Below are positions 38,888-51,136 of a stretch of 64,000 nt of DNA, one piece after another. The notes under the pieces are model-generated. The model did no database searches and was not told the origin of the DNA. It worked only from the letters and a program-made list of their open reading frames with translations. This DNA is from Macrostomum hystrix (taxonomy: Eukaryota; Animalia; Platyhelminthes), in the NCBI GenBank assembly GCA_950097015.1, contig CATNEN010000001.1:24924001-24988000 (forward strand). Direction: 5' to 3'. Every line of letters starts with the position of its first letter. Position 1 is the first letter of the stretch. The translations under genes and the position numbers were made by a program.

Positions 38888-39439
38888 GGATTAAGCAGCA
38901 GTGGAAGCTGCCGATTTCTGTCAAGTTTCAAGAGTTAATTGAGTCAGGCGTATGCGTTTAGGGGTTGCAGCCTAGACTTGAAGGTCGGAGGCTCGTTCCC
39001 CGACTCCACTGAAAATTTAATTCTTTTTTAAGACACCTCAGTCTGTATCTGTATTTACCCAAGATACACTGTTATATTATTATTTTTATTTTTATATTTC
39101 ATTTATTTCATTTTTTATATTTTTACTTTTAAAGTATTTTTATTTTTTTTAATGAAACCGGTTTATATGTATGTATTATATCGTTTTTTTCAGAAATAGA
39201 ACTTAAACGTAGGGATCCCTTATATTATACGAGCGAACTCGTGGCTTCAGCACCTGACTATTGCACCCGGTAATGGAACCAATTGCGATGGAACCTGGTA
39301 TTTGACATGGCAATGACCAAATAGGCCAACTTATTTCATTGTTCCTCATTCTATTTGCCACATTGCTCTGCACGCATCATTGGACAGCAGATATCGACTG
39401 TCCTACGCGTTTGTCTCTCGTGCAAAGGTCCATGCGCTT

Positions 39440-39733
39440 GAATCCGCGGCGAGGCCACATTCATTTGTGATGTAGTCGCGGTGTGAAGCTTTCAGCGCTT
39501 TTCATGCTATTTACACTCATGAGGGCCAACCTCCAAGGCACAATGAGAGTGTATATTGCCGGACGATGAGAAAGTCAGGGCTCCCACCTGTGTGAGCGTG
39601 TGCATGCGTACAGTATCTGTGTGTGTGTGTGCTCAGGAGTCAGCGAAATGGGCAGAATTGTCTCCTCGCTGGCTTCAGTTCAAGTGTCACCAAATGATGT
39701 GCCATTGCCTGCAGCCCATCTGAAATTATTATT
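39440..39733 (+). mobile_element. SINE family 1 copy (diverged)
   Basis: aatccgcggcgaggccac...gagggccaacctccaaggcac...gcagcccatctgaaattattatt. Confidence 0.75.
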
Positions 39734-40535
39734 TCTTATCGCTTCTGGTGACTGACCCTGAAGAAATTATTGAAACCCAGAAACCCTTCGCCTGGTGCGT
39801 AACGATGCAGCTGCCGCTGCCGACAAGCTGAAAAGTGCTCCTCTTCCTGACTGCCTACGGCGGTTAATCGTTCAACAGCCAAAGACACCGCCTGCCCTTA
39901 AATTGAGAGGCAGATTTTAGACCATCGATGATCTAGAGGCTGCGAGAGGCTGCACCGAATATGAAGCCCTACTATCTGTCCGAGGGCAGAAATAAAAGTA
40001 TCGCATCAACAGGGAGACAGTCTGTGCTCTTGAGTAAGACTTCTAAATCATGCACTACTGCTTCAACTCAACCCGCTGTAAAATAGGTACAGTTGCTGAC
40101 TCTTATATCATAAAAAATTATTATCCGTTCAGATTACCGGTTCGATCAAATCAAAATGGCGAAGAAATTTAGTTTAACTGCATAAAATTTCACCATGCAA
40201 AGTCTAACCCACACATCATTTTTTCGCTGTCAGTTCCCTTTGTTTTAACTAACAAGTACTACCTGTGCTTTCAAAAAAAGCGATAGATTTAAAAAATACT
40301 AGCTTTTTTTGCCCGTTGTTTTTGGGGCAGAAATTTAAAGCAAAGCAGTAAGCAATTCACGTCTCTGTATTAACTTTATAGTGAAGGTCACCATTTATTT
40401 ATTTACTGCATTAATGAAAAGTGAAGAGTTTGTTTAAGGGCGTTTTAAGTAAAAAATAAGTGAAAAGTTTGTCCAAACAGCCCCCTCTTGATTACTTCTT
40501 TAGAAACATGTCTCTTAGCCACTCCTCTATACAGT

Positions 40536-40810
40536 CAGTGGCAGATCCAGGAATTTTGTTTTGGGGCGGTCTGTCAGGGGAGCGCCATGAGAATCACAGA
40601 GGGGGTGCCAGCGGCCGAAAAAGGGCGCCAGGAGCCAAGAAAGGGCGCCAGTGGCTGAAAAACGGGAGCCAGCGGCTGAAAAAGGGGCGCCAGCGGCCGA
40701 AAAGGAGCGCCAGTGCTGCGACTGGCGCCCCTGGTGGGGGCATCTTATTCCCATGATTAAAATTTAGGGGGGCGACTGCCCCCCCGCCCCCCCCCCTAAA
40801 TCTGCCTCTG
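40536..40810. mobile_element. hAT-type MITE nested in the Helitron
   Basis: TIRs cagtggcagatccag / ctaaatctgcctctg. Exact 8-bp TSD TATACAGT at 40528-40535 and 40811-40818. Confidence 0.85.
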
Positions 40811-40962
40811 TATACAGTATGCATGTACACGCGTATACATAAGGAAAATAGCCATGGCATAACAATAACAATGTCAAAGAAACAAAATTAAACTGTTTCA
40901 GAGTTCAGAGTTAGACAGGTCAAGGTCAATTCGTGACTACTTTTCTATTAATTGCTTGCGAG

Positions 40963-41600
40963 TCACCTCAAGTCCTGGGGATACACCACATTCTTCGTTC
41001 TTCCCCTTGGTGCGAAAATGAATAGGCCAGCTGGAGTTCCAACACGGGAGCAGGCGACATAAAGCTGCCCATGCGAGAAGCAAGGAGTCTCCAGGTTGAT
41101 GCCAGCCACCTTCAGCGACTGTCCCTGAGCCTTGTTAATAGTCATCGCAAAGCACACTCTCACAGGGAACTGCAGTCGCTTGAACTGAAATGGCAGGTCC
41201 GTGGGGATAATTGGAATCCGGGGAACGAACACAGACTCTCCTCTGCCAGATCCAGTCATTATCGTGGCCTCAATCACGTGTGGGAAGAGCCGCCTGACTA
41301 TCAGTCTGGTGCCGTTACACAGCCTTGGCGCATTCAGGTTGCGGAGGAGCATAATTGGTGCCCCAACTTTCAGCTGCAAGTTGTGCGATGGAGTTCCAGG
41401 AGGATCTAGAGAGTTCAGAAACTCAACAGGATACTCCACAGCGGTGTCATCAGTCAACGTTGTATCAATTGACTTGTAGGTGAAAACTGCACCTGGCAAC
41501 TCCTGAAGCAGTTGGTAGTTAATTTCGTTGGTGGCATCATTTCTAGGACACAGAATTGCCCTCTCTGACAGCCAGTCAACGTCAGCATATCGAGAGAAAT
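40963..41600 (-). pseudogene. Helitron RepHel C-terminal PIF1-like helicase fragment
   Basis: WLSERAILCPRN, EFLNSL, LKVGAPIMLLRNL, LCNGTRL, RLQFPVRVCFAMTINKAQGQSL, FSHGQLYVACSRV, TKNVVY. The Rep domain and N-terminal helicase motifs are missing. Confidence 0.92.
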
Positions 41601-42651
41601 AGGCTGGCTGGAGAGAAATATCGACCGGAGAGCCCTGCGCACTGGGACGCCACCGCACTCACCGCACTCAGTCTCAGTGCTGCTTGGGGGCCAGTAGACA
41701 GTCTAGGGGTTTGGGCTGTGTACATTCACGGCTTGAAATACAATGTACAGTCTGGGGCTTCGGCGCCCGGGGAAGGGAGGGGGTGGCTGTAATAAAATTT
41801 GGCCCGCAGAGTGGCGGAGGGGAGTTGGGGTGGCTGTCCTCGGAAAACAAAAAGTGACTCACTTTGAGATGATGCAGCTTTGCTCTGGATTGAGTAGAGA
41901 TGTTCAAAATTGACAGCATTGTTGGAAAACATGTAAAGTGTAAGTGGATCAAATTTGGAGAAAATCTGACAAAGTGGGGCGACGATATGTCGAATTGAGT
42001 GATTTTTTGACGATTTTTGAGCAGTTTTTTGCACTTTTGAGCAGGAAGGAAATGATTTTTCGGGAATTTGAGTAGCCTATTGCACTCAGCGTAGGTGGTT
42101 TTAGGTATGTGCAAAGTTTGGTGCGATTTGGTTGAGCGGTTTCGGCGTCTATAAAGACAAAAGGTTGCACACAGACAGACAGACAGACAGACAGAGTTTT
42201 CACTTTTATATATATAGATGCTAGGGGAAAGACCATAGATTTCAAAATATCCCCTGGGGAAAGACCATAGATTTCAAAATATCCCCTGGGGAAAGACCAT
42301 AGATTTCAAAATCTCACACCCGGCGCAAAGCACAAACACAAACACAAACAAGCAGGCATGTAGAAGGCAGGGGTTAAGCTATTTTAAATTAGCTTTGGTT
42401 GCACGTAATAAGGTGCATCTCAGCAAGTCACTACTTCGCAAACCTCCAACCAAGCCCCGAAATAATCGTGACTAGGAGGGAGGAACCAGCGACCATCGGA
42501 AAGTGACGCAGCGACATTAGCCGCTGACCCACTCACCCCTCGTGACCAATCAGCAGTACCTGGAGAAGAGACGAGAAAACTCTTGCGGGAAAAGCTTACA
42601 GAACTTAAAACAAAACATCCACTCATAGAAATGCAGCACCCAGAAGTTACA

Positions 42652-45600
42652 ATGCAAATCAGGTGGTCAGTAATTTTGTTGGCACTTGGGTGCCTCACCG
42701 CGAGGTATGCAGTTCTCGGTTGCAAATTTCAGATTTCTTTTAAGGAAATTCCAGGATGCCCTTCAAATCCATCTCACTCAGCGACACAGTCGGTTGAGCA
42801 GCTCAGCAGGCAGCAGTGCGCAATGCTGTGCGCCCGGCAGCCCAGGTGCGCGGCCCTCACGTCACCTGACAGCAACGGCTCGGGCACCTGCCGCCTGTTC
42901 ACTGCGGAGACTGTCCTGCTGGCCTGGAATGCGTCCTGCGCTGCCGGACCATCCGCCATCGCCATGGCTTCCAGTGAGAGACTGACGGCCTTTCAGACAG
43001 GTGAGTGCTTGCTTTAGCTGGTTTCAAGATAATGAGATCCTGATAACAAGAAACAATACAGAAAAGCCTAAAATTCGTGGATCCATGTATCACTTGTAGC
43101 TTGCTACCTAGCTCATAATTAGTACTTAAAATAATCCTTAAATTGAACTCACCGTAACGGCATTCTAATTATTGAAATATAATATCTTTGGTATAATTTA
43201 CGAAGCTTAACTTTTATCTCCAAATTTTCTTCGGTCGATGAACTAAGATTTCTCTTTTTTGATGTTGACAGGTTGACAGTGGTGAGTAGAAGAGCGGTCT
43301 AACGCCTTTGCCAGGCGCATCAAACACGATTCCGTGGCAAAGCCGCAATTATTTGTAGCTTAACCGCGGAGCGAAAAGTGTAGGCTTGTTGAACAATTTA
43401 CGTAATTGAGGATCAGCCACAAAGGTACAGTGAGAGTGTACACTGTCTGACGTTGAGAAAGTCAGGGCAGATGTACAACCCCTGTGTGAGTGTGTAACTG
43501 CGTACAGTACCCGTGTGCGTTTGTGCTCAGAAGTCAGTGGAATGGGCAGAATTGCCTCCTACTGTCACCAAATAATGTGCCAGAGCTGTACAGACAGCTG
43601 CAAAATTATCACTATTATTACTTTTTATAGGTTTTTGTTCAAAACGGCAGTATTTTAATTCATCAGAGAATATCAAAGAATCAAAGGAACAAGCAAACTA
43701 TTCTTTGAAGCCTCAAGCCAGCTCACTACGTTTCGCATTTTCGCATTGCATGTGAATTACGACTGTGGCCACAGAGTACTTCGCTTCACTCAACGTGACC
43801 CGGAAGCAGCTCCACATTCCCTACAACTCGGCGAAGATCCTCGCTGCCTGGGCGCAGCCGCAGCCAGAGGCGGTGTCGCTCATTGACTGCGTTGCCAAAT
43901 GCACTGGAGTGCCAGCCTGTCGAGGGGTTCTGCACAACTCCAGCAACTGCTCCCTGCTCACCGACCACCCGCTGTGCCGCTGGTTCCAGCAACCTCCGAA
44001 TGCCTCACAGCTGGCTGTTTACGTGAGCCCCACGGTTTTTCATACCTCGCAGGGATCTGTCTAGTTGTTTGTCTACATTCTCAAAGTCCTCAAACGTTTT
44101 TGCTGTGCCTTAACGGAGCCATGCCAAGCCGCCATTGAAGACCATGCGATCGCTGACTTTTTTATTTAACTTTGGTGTTTTAAATTATGATTTAATAAGT
44201 GTACTTTTCGGGGTTTGATGAGTAAAATCGGAAAAATAATTATATCGAATGTTTAGCACCAAAATACTGGAACCTGCGTGTGTAGTTAGCTGGACCTAAC
44301 TGTGTTGATGCCATCATACGCATGCGGAGGGTGAGTGGCAGAGCGGTTTACGCGTTCGCCTCTCCACTAATGTCCCTGAACTCGATTCCGCGGTGAGGCC
44401 GCATTCATTGAGGGCATAGCCGCGGAGAGAAGGCTTCGGGGCTTGTCGTGCAATTTACGCCCTTGTGGGCCAACCTCCAAGGACCAGTGAGAGTGTCCAC
44501 TGCCTGACGATGAGAAAGTCAGGGCAGATGTACACACCTGTGCGAGCGTGTGCCTGTGTACAGTATCTTTGTGCGTGTGTGCTCAGGAGTCAGCGTGAAT
44601 GGGCAGAGTTGCCACCTCGCTTGCTGCTGCGGGTCCAGTGTCACCAAATGATGTTCCATTTCCCAAGTGTGATATTATTATCATTATCACACGTAAACTG
44701 GTTGAATTTAAACGCTTGGAACAGCTGTACTGAGGTGCAGTGATAATCGACGTGCAGGAATGTTTTGAAGGCATTCGCGGTTAAGTAATATATGACCTAC
44801 TGTCGGAATCAAAGAATATCCCGACGTTCTCGAGAAGTGGTCACTTCAACGAGTAATCCTGTGTTATAGTATTTCGCGTGCCTGCGCGTTGCTTCGTTCA
44901 GGCGCAGCAGAAAATCGTCTGGGGTCAATTTCCACCTTGGTTTCTTTACTGCCCTATCTATATTATACGTGACTATTATCCAGTATCTAGGTGTGCTGCC
45001 CGAAGTGGTCGTTCAAAATCTGTTTTGCAGGATTTTTACACTGTACGGACTCTTCAATGCTTCGAAACGGTCAACCTGCGCGTCTCCGACGCTTTGAGCT
45101 TCGATCGACTCTGGGCGGACTACAAGACTGGTTTTGGAACTTATCATAGCAACTACTTTGCAGGTATGTGCCACCAATGTACTTTTATTTTCTACAGAGG
45201 CTAGACTACAAATCACTTTCGGTCCGTCCCCAGAAGTTATGAGCAGTTCTAGAGAAACCAAATTATCGCTGTTTATTATCTCCTGTCCCGTGTGCGTCCG
45301 TTCTCAGATGTTTGAGATTCTATCAATCGATTTGCTTAGGATCTCAGGTTGCCGAATATTCGTCGGTCACTCGAGAGGGTCGGTGAGTTCACGCAAAACA
45401 AATTAGGCCTTCAAGCGCCATTTAAATAGACAACTGCTTCTATGAAAGGGACAGTGTAAATAATCTTATTCTAAAATTGCAAGTAAAAGTTCGACCAAGA
45501 AGCAAGGACAGAACAATAAGTCACTCTAAGATTGACCTAGAGTAGCATAGCATTGAAAATAGGACTCGGTTAATTATGACAAGAACAGAACAGAAAACGG

Positions 45601-46710
45601 ACAGACCGACGCATATACGCACAAAACCCAGCCGCTACTGACTGAAAGGTGGCAACGCGTACAGGCAACCAAAAAAATTACAAATACACTAAACAACAGC
45701 ATAACTAGTGAATTTCCTGAACGCATTCACACAATCAAATAATATAAAATCCTGAGTATGAGTTTTAACTCTACATGCTAAATATATGATCATTGCAAAG
45801 CCTTTTTACTGATAGACAGCGTGTCAACTCTGCTCTGGCACTAGCTGATTTTATAAATTTCTTAAAAAATAGGTAGCAACCAAATGAACAGCAACGTACG
45901 AGTACTATCACGCCTTCCACAAGACTGATCCACTGCCTCCTTCCAACCAAATACAGAATCCAAATTTATCAGAACATTTTAGCTTTTTGTGATAGATTGA
46001 GGTTTTCGAAACATCTCTATTTGACTGGAATTCCAAGTGCAAATACACTTGAGAATTACAATTTGATCAGTTTCGTATTGTTGACTTTTTTGTTTTAAGC
46101 TGTAGATACTCAATTGAACAATACTCAAGTCATGTTTGAATAATAAGCCTTAAGGTCTATTGTCTTTTGCTTTTGTTCTTATTTGCTGTTTCTCCTCAAT
46201 AAAGCTTGATGTTTTCGATTTCGTTTTGCAATTTTCTTCTGTTTAAACATGCCAGGCCTGGAGTGGCTGCACAGCCGAACCAGCGCTCAGCCCAGCAACA
46301 ACAGGTTCCGAGTGGACCTGCTGTACTGGGATGAGACCTACATCTATGCCTACTACCTGAACATACTCATTCTGGCTGAGAGTACCAACTACACTGTCTC
46401 TGCTGCCACCTTCTCACCGGGCGGAGGTCTCAGAAACTGCCTATTCGCTGTCATGAACATACAGTTTGTGACTCGGGATCGTGGATGGAGCAACTGCGCG
46501 ACAAACTGCGCCATCGCACACCTGCCGCACTGGCACAAGTGCTGCCACTGCTCGGGACCCTTTGGAAAGTACTTTAACTACCCGACTGCGCTGAACGTGC
46601 CCGCTGCTGACAGGGCCAAGGGCATTGTATGGTCACCGAACGCGCCCGGCAACATAACAGACGGCTTTTATTACAGCTTCAAGCAGCTGGAGATCCTCAT
46701 GCTCACGTGA
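42652..46710 (+). CDS. Secreted PAN-PAN-FReD protein, copy D (alternative ATG at 42631). Exons 42652-43000, 43775-44022, 45031-45163, 46256-46710
   Basis: Signal peptide MQIRWSVILLALGCLTARYAVLG. Same four-exon structure and phases as copy A. Confidence 0.85.
43281..43622 (+). mobile_element. SINE family 1 copy in copy D intron 1
   Basis: Collinear with the family consensus. Confidence 0.72.
44328..44688 (+). mobile_element. SINE family 1 full-length copy in copy D intron 2
   Basis: gtgagtggcagagcgg (A box), ctcgattcc (B-box-like), complete body and tail. Confidence 0.82.
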
Positions 46711-47218
46711 AGGATATTTTATATGACAGTTAAATTTCCAATTACGACTCCAATGACGACTTATTTGCGCGAACAGAATGTTGAGGAGGAGAATGTCAGG
46801 TGCCCACATGTGCCAGCGAACTTCATTCTACAGCCTCCAACAACGTCTATCGGTGAAGTACACCCCATTAACAAATAATAAAATCATATTGAACCTTCTG
46901 GTTATCTGCTTAAAGTCGTTTTCTTGATGTACTTTTACTTCATGTACCTTTTTCACCTTTAGAACTGCTACACTTTTTCTAAAAGCAAAACCTCGCCTCA
47001 AAATTAGTCTTACTATGAGTCAGAAAACTATTGCTAGCTTGACTTGGCTTAGTAAGTACAGACTGAATAATAATGAGTAGGAACAATTGAGGAGCTTCCA
47101 AAAGCTTATGGCATTCTTCGCACTGCGGCGGAAAATTTCACGACAACTATTACAAAGAAAAACTGCCTTACTCCAATTAGAGAGGTGCATTTTTCTATGA
47201 ATTATTTATAGCAACTAG

Positions 47219-48092
47219 ACTCTCATCTCTCCCGAGTCTCATCTCTCCCGTGTCTCATCTCTCCCGTGTCTCATCTCTCCCGTGTCTCATCTCTCCCGTG
47301 TCTCATCTCTCCCGTGTCTCATCTCTTCCGTGTCTCATCTCTCCCGTGTCTCATCTCTCCCGTGTCTCATCTCTCCCGTGTCTCATCTCTCCCGTGTCTC
47401 ATCTCTCCCGTGTCTCATCTCTCCCGTGTCTCATCTCTCCCGTGTCTCATCTCTCCCGAGTCTCATCTCTCCCGTGTCTCATCTCTCCCGTGTCTCATCT
47501 CTCCCGTGTCTCATCTCTCCCGTGTCTCATCTCTCCCGTGTCTCATCTCTTCCGTGTCTCATCTCTCCCGTGTCTCATCTCTCCCGTGTCTCATCTCTCC
47601 CGTGTCTCATCTCTCCCGTGTCTCATCTCTCCCGTGTCTCATCTCTTCCGTGTCTCATCTCTCCCGTGTCTCATCTCTTCCGTGTCTTATCTCTCCCGTG
47701 TCTCATCTCTCCCGTGTCTCATCTCTCCCGTGTCTCATCTCTCCCGTGTCTCATCTCTCCCGGGTCTCATCTCTCTCGGGTCTCATCTCTCCCGTGTCTC
47801 ATCTCTCCCGTGTCTCATCTCTCCCGTGTCTCATCTCTCCCGTGTCTCATCTCTCCCGTGTCTCATCTCTCCCGTGTCTCATCTCTCCCGTGTCTTATCT
47901 CTCCCGTGTCTCATCTCTCCCGTGTCTCATCTCTCCCGTGTCTCATCTCTCCCGTGTCTCATCTCTCCCGTGTCTCATCTCTCCCGTGCCTCATCTCTCC
48001 CGTGTCTCATCTCTCCCGTGTCTCATCTCTCCCGTGTCTCATCTCTCCCGTGTCTCATCTCTCCCGTGTCTCATCTCCTCTGGTCTCATCTC
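47219..48092. repeat. 16-bp tandem repeat (tctcatctctcccgtg)n, about 54 copies
   Basis: Directly visible; source of the spurious SHLSRVSSLP ORFs. Confidence 0.97.
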
Positions 48093-48599
48093 TTAACATT
48101 CGTCTATGAATCACAAAACTTTATTTTTTATTAACAATTCGCCTGTCATTTCTCGGCTGAAGTAAATACTCTATCGCTCATGAAAAAATCTGCATTATTT
48201 AACAAGACCTCGAGAAAGCGGTAAAGGGTCTGGCTTCTTGCACGCCGTGCAATTGTTTGTGCACCTGAGTTAGCTTTACCTGAGAAGTAATTCTTTACTT
48301 GAAGCAAAAGAGCCATTAAAAATGAAGTAGGCGTGGCTTAGAAATACGAGCTAGCTAACTGGCTGGAGTAGGCAGTTTGCAATTGAATAGCGTCACTCTT
48401 AACTTTTTAGACTGCGAGATTGCTAGTTTGTTGCTACGGCTAATTGGTAGCAATTATGCACTTTTATTAGGAGGCAGAATGCTAAAAAATAATTATATTT
48501 TTAGAAAAATTGCAACTTCTAAAATAAGTAACTTCCAACACACACTTCTGAAATTCTGAAGGTGTCTTAACTCTCCTACTATAGTCCCTCCTTAGCATC

Positions 48600-49830
48600 T
48601 GCTTATCGCCAGCCATAAGCGCCAAAACCCAACCATTTACTTTTGCACACCGAGTAAGGGTGCCTGCAGCGTGAGCAGCAGCACCTCCTGCACGGGCTGT
48701 GGGTGCAGCAGTTCACTTGGAGGGGTCAGGCCGGCGTGGCGATAGAGCGCCACTTTTGTGACTCGCTTCCCCGAGCCACATTTTAAAGACGGCATGTAGC
48801 AGGCTGGCTGCAGGCTTACTTGCTGTTCGAACGAGTCCGTCAGCGTCCAAGTCTCAGCGTTGTACCGCAGGACGGTCTCGATCTCGCCTGGATCGCCGCA
48901 GATCTTTGCGGACGTCAGGTACCAAAACAAACGAGGCATTAGACGAACTGCTGACAGCGCGGAAGCCCCTTTGCCTACCCGTCAGCGCCTCGGCAGAAAA
49001 TTGCGGCCTCGATGTCACCCGGCACCCAGAGAACGACGGTCTTCCTCGTGTTGATAACCAAGCCGACGCTCGTTGCAACGCCAAGCAGCTTGTCCAGCAA
49101 GGCGCTGGGTGCCTTTTACGTTCGAGGTGAGCATGGCGAGATTGTTGGCGGAGCCAAGCACTCTGAGCAGTCTTTCCGGTCGACCCAAGCGTCACCGCAG
49201 GAGGAAGCCATCTTCATCGTCGGTAGGCAGAGCATTTCGAAGCACCCAGTCAAGCACCAGGACGAACAGGAACGGAGCTAGCGCGTCCCTTGGAGCACCC
49301 TGAAATATGTCTCGAAGAAGGCGGACAGGTGGTCCGGTGTCATCGATGCCGCTCTCGTAGCACTTTGCAACACCATTGTGGTGGAGATCAGCTGCTCTGG
49401 CACAAGATACGCACGGAGCAAATGTGGGAGCGCAGCCCTCGCTTCTGAGTCGAATGCCTACATGGAGTCAATGATGACGACAATCAGATCTAACTGGCGC
49501 ATGCGCGCCTCCTCGATGATGCGGCGATGAGCCAGAATCTGCGTCGCTGTGCCGCGGTAGGGCCGAAACCCGTTTTCTGCTCAGGGCGCAGGCAGGGATC
49601 CAGCACGGGTTTGCAACCGCAAGAGCAGCATCCGGTTGAACAACTTCGCGGAGCTTGGTGCCACAGCTTCTAAGGAATGGCGATGATGTGCGCCATGTTC
49701 CACTCCGTGGACGGAGCATGAAGTAGGACAGCAGAGTTTTAGAGCAGGACAGTCTTAGAGATACTGCCTGGGCAGTATCGTCATAGGTATCGTCATCCAG
49801 AGCTGATGGAGATGGCAAGACTCGTTGAGT
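48600..49830 (-). mobile_element. Decayed non-LTR retrotransposon (RTE-like) reverse transcriptase fragment
   Basis: Minus-strand remnants IVIIDSM*AFDS...LLRAYLVP...TPD...FET..VLQG and ETVLRYNAETWTL, broken by stops and frameshifts. Confidence 0.7.
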
Positions 49831-50525
49831 CGATGGTATGGCGGTCCAAAAAACCAAAGATCACGAGAGTAGAGGGACGGGAAACTACACTTCTTAAAAA
49901 AGTAATGCAATACGGAAAAGTACAAATGCACACTATTTGTACAAGTACAAGTACACAGTATCGCCGAAAGAAAATTACGGATTTTTACTTTTTCACGTTA
50001 AGAATGAGATTGTTTTATATTGGAAGCAATAAAGTCCGAAGCTTTTCTTTTGATTTAACTTGCATAATTTGTTTCTCTAACGTATTTCACATCAGTCGAA
50101 GAAATCAGAAAACGTCCGGACAATAAACTACACAACGTCCAATTTGTTTTTCATTCGCTTTAGGACTACGTGGACAAGCAAAAGCACTATGCCGCTACTC
50201 ATAGAATAAAGATTATATTAAGTAGCATGAAGTGTAGACAACCTGAAAGTTGCTATTTCCAATCTTCTATGCAGTAATCCTTTAGTGGTACTTAAGAAAC
50301 GTTTGCAGACTGGAAACAATTGCAGTACGAAGTTTTTAGCCTTCAAATAAAATTGGAGTAATATTTCCTAGAATCCCCGCACAGAGAAAATCATCTTTGA
50401 GAAATAAATTTGCAAGCCCTTGTATGTGCGGTGCAATACATCTGGCCCATCTGGTTATTTCCATACTCCTTCACGAAAGAGGGCGTATTTGAGTATGAGT
50501 ATAGCATACTGTTGCCAAATTAAAA

Positions 50526-50686
50526 GTGGCGATAGAGCGCCACTTTTGTGACTCGCTTCCCCGAGCCACATTTTAAAGACGGCATGTAGCAGGCTGGCTG
50601 CAGGCTTACTTGCTGTTCGAACGAGTCCGTCAGCGTCCAAGTCTCAGCGTTGTACCGCAGGACGGTCTCGATCTCGCCTGGATCGC
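50526..50686. repeat. 161-bp local direct duplicate of 48736-48896
   Basis: Appears identical by eye. Confidence 0.9.
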
Positions 50687-51136
50687 TAGGCGAGATCGAG
50701 ATATTGATAGATATTGTTATGATCTATAAAAATAATAACAATAACCCAGCTGCATGGAGAGGCACAGGGGGCAGTCATTAAAATTCTTAGCAAGGCTTAT
50801 CAGTACATCAATCATGTGTGCCATTCATAGGGAAAATGCCAAAAAGCTTTGGGAATCAACGACATACTCCGTATAATAATGGACTCATAACTTTACTCAT
50901 GCCACCAAAATTGCCTCGCAAATCTCAAAAAGTTTATCCCAGCCTCTACCCCCACAGTTAGAAGCTCAACAAAAACACAAAATATGGTGAGATATTGCAA
51001 CCAATAGCAATGGCATCTGCAAAAAGGGAAAAAGAACAGATAAGCAGCAACATTTTTCATACCCACTAAAAAGCTCCCAAGTAAAGGCTTCGCTAGATTT
51101 AGCAAATTGTGGATAGTTTTATTATTTCACAAAAAA

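Larger units (their letters stand above)
40299..42218 (-). mobile_element. Non-autonomous Helitron (about 1.9 kb) retaining the C-terminal PIF1-helicase coding fragment
   Basis: On the minus strand the 5' end is A|TCTATATATATAAAAGTGAAAACTC(TGTC)n. The 3' end is a GCCC...GGGC hairpin followed by GCTAG|T, so the insertion lies between A and T with no TSD. Confidence 0.88.

Noticed and set aside
40963-41658. Host PIF1 helicase gene
   Set aside because: It is only a C-terminal fragment enclosed by Helitron termini.
44490-44535. CTGACGA-tga-GAAA in the SINE resembles a hammerhead ribozyme core
   Set aside because: There is no stem II or stem III. The sequence instead folds as one simple hairpin (ctgcctgac...gtcagggcag) that sequesters the core.
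47250-48134. Long ORFs in all three frames, and similar ORFs at 14-326, 12217-12678, 18953-19251, 21982-22399 and 24997-25900
   Set aside because: They are translations of stop-free tandem repeats, not genes.
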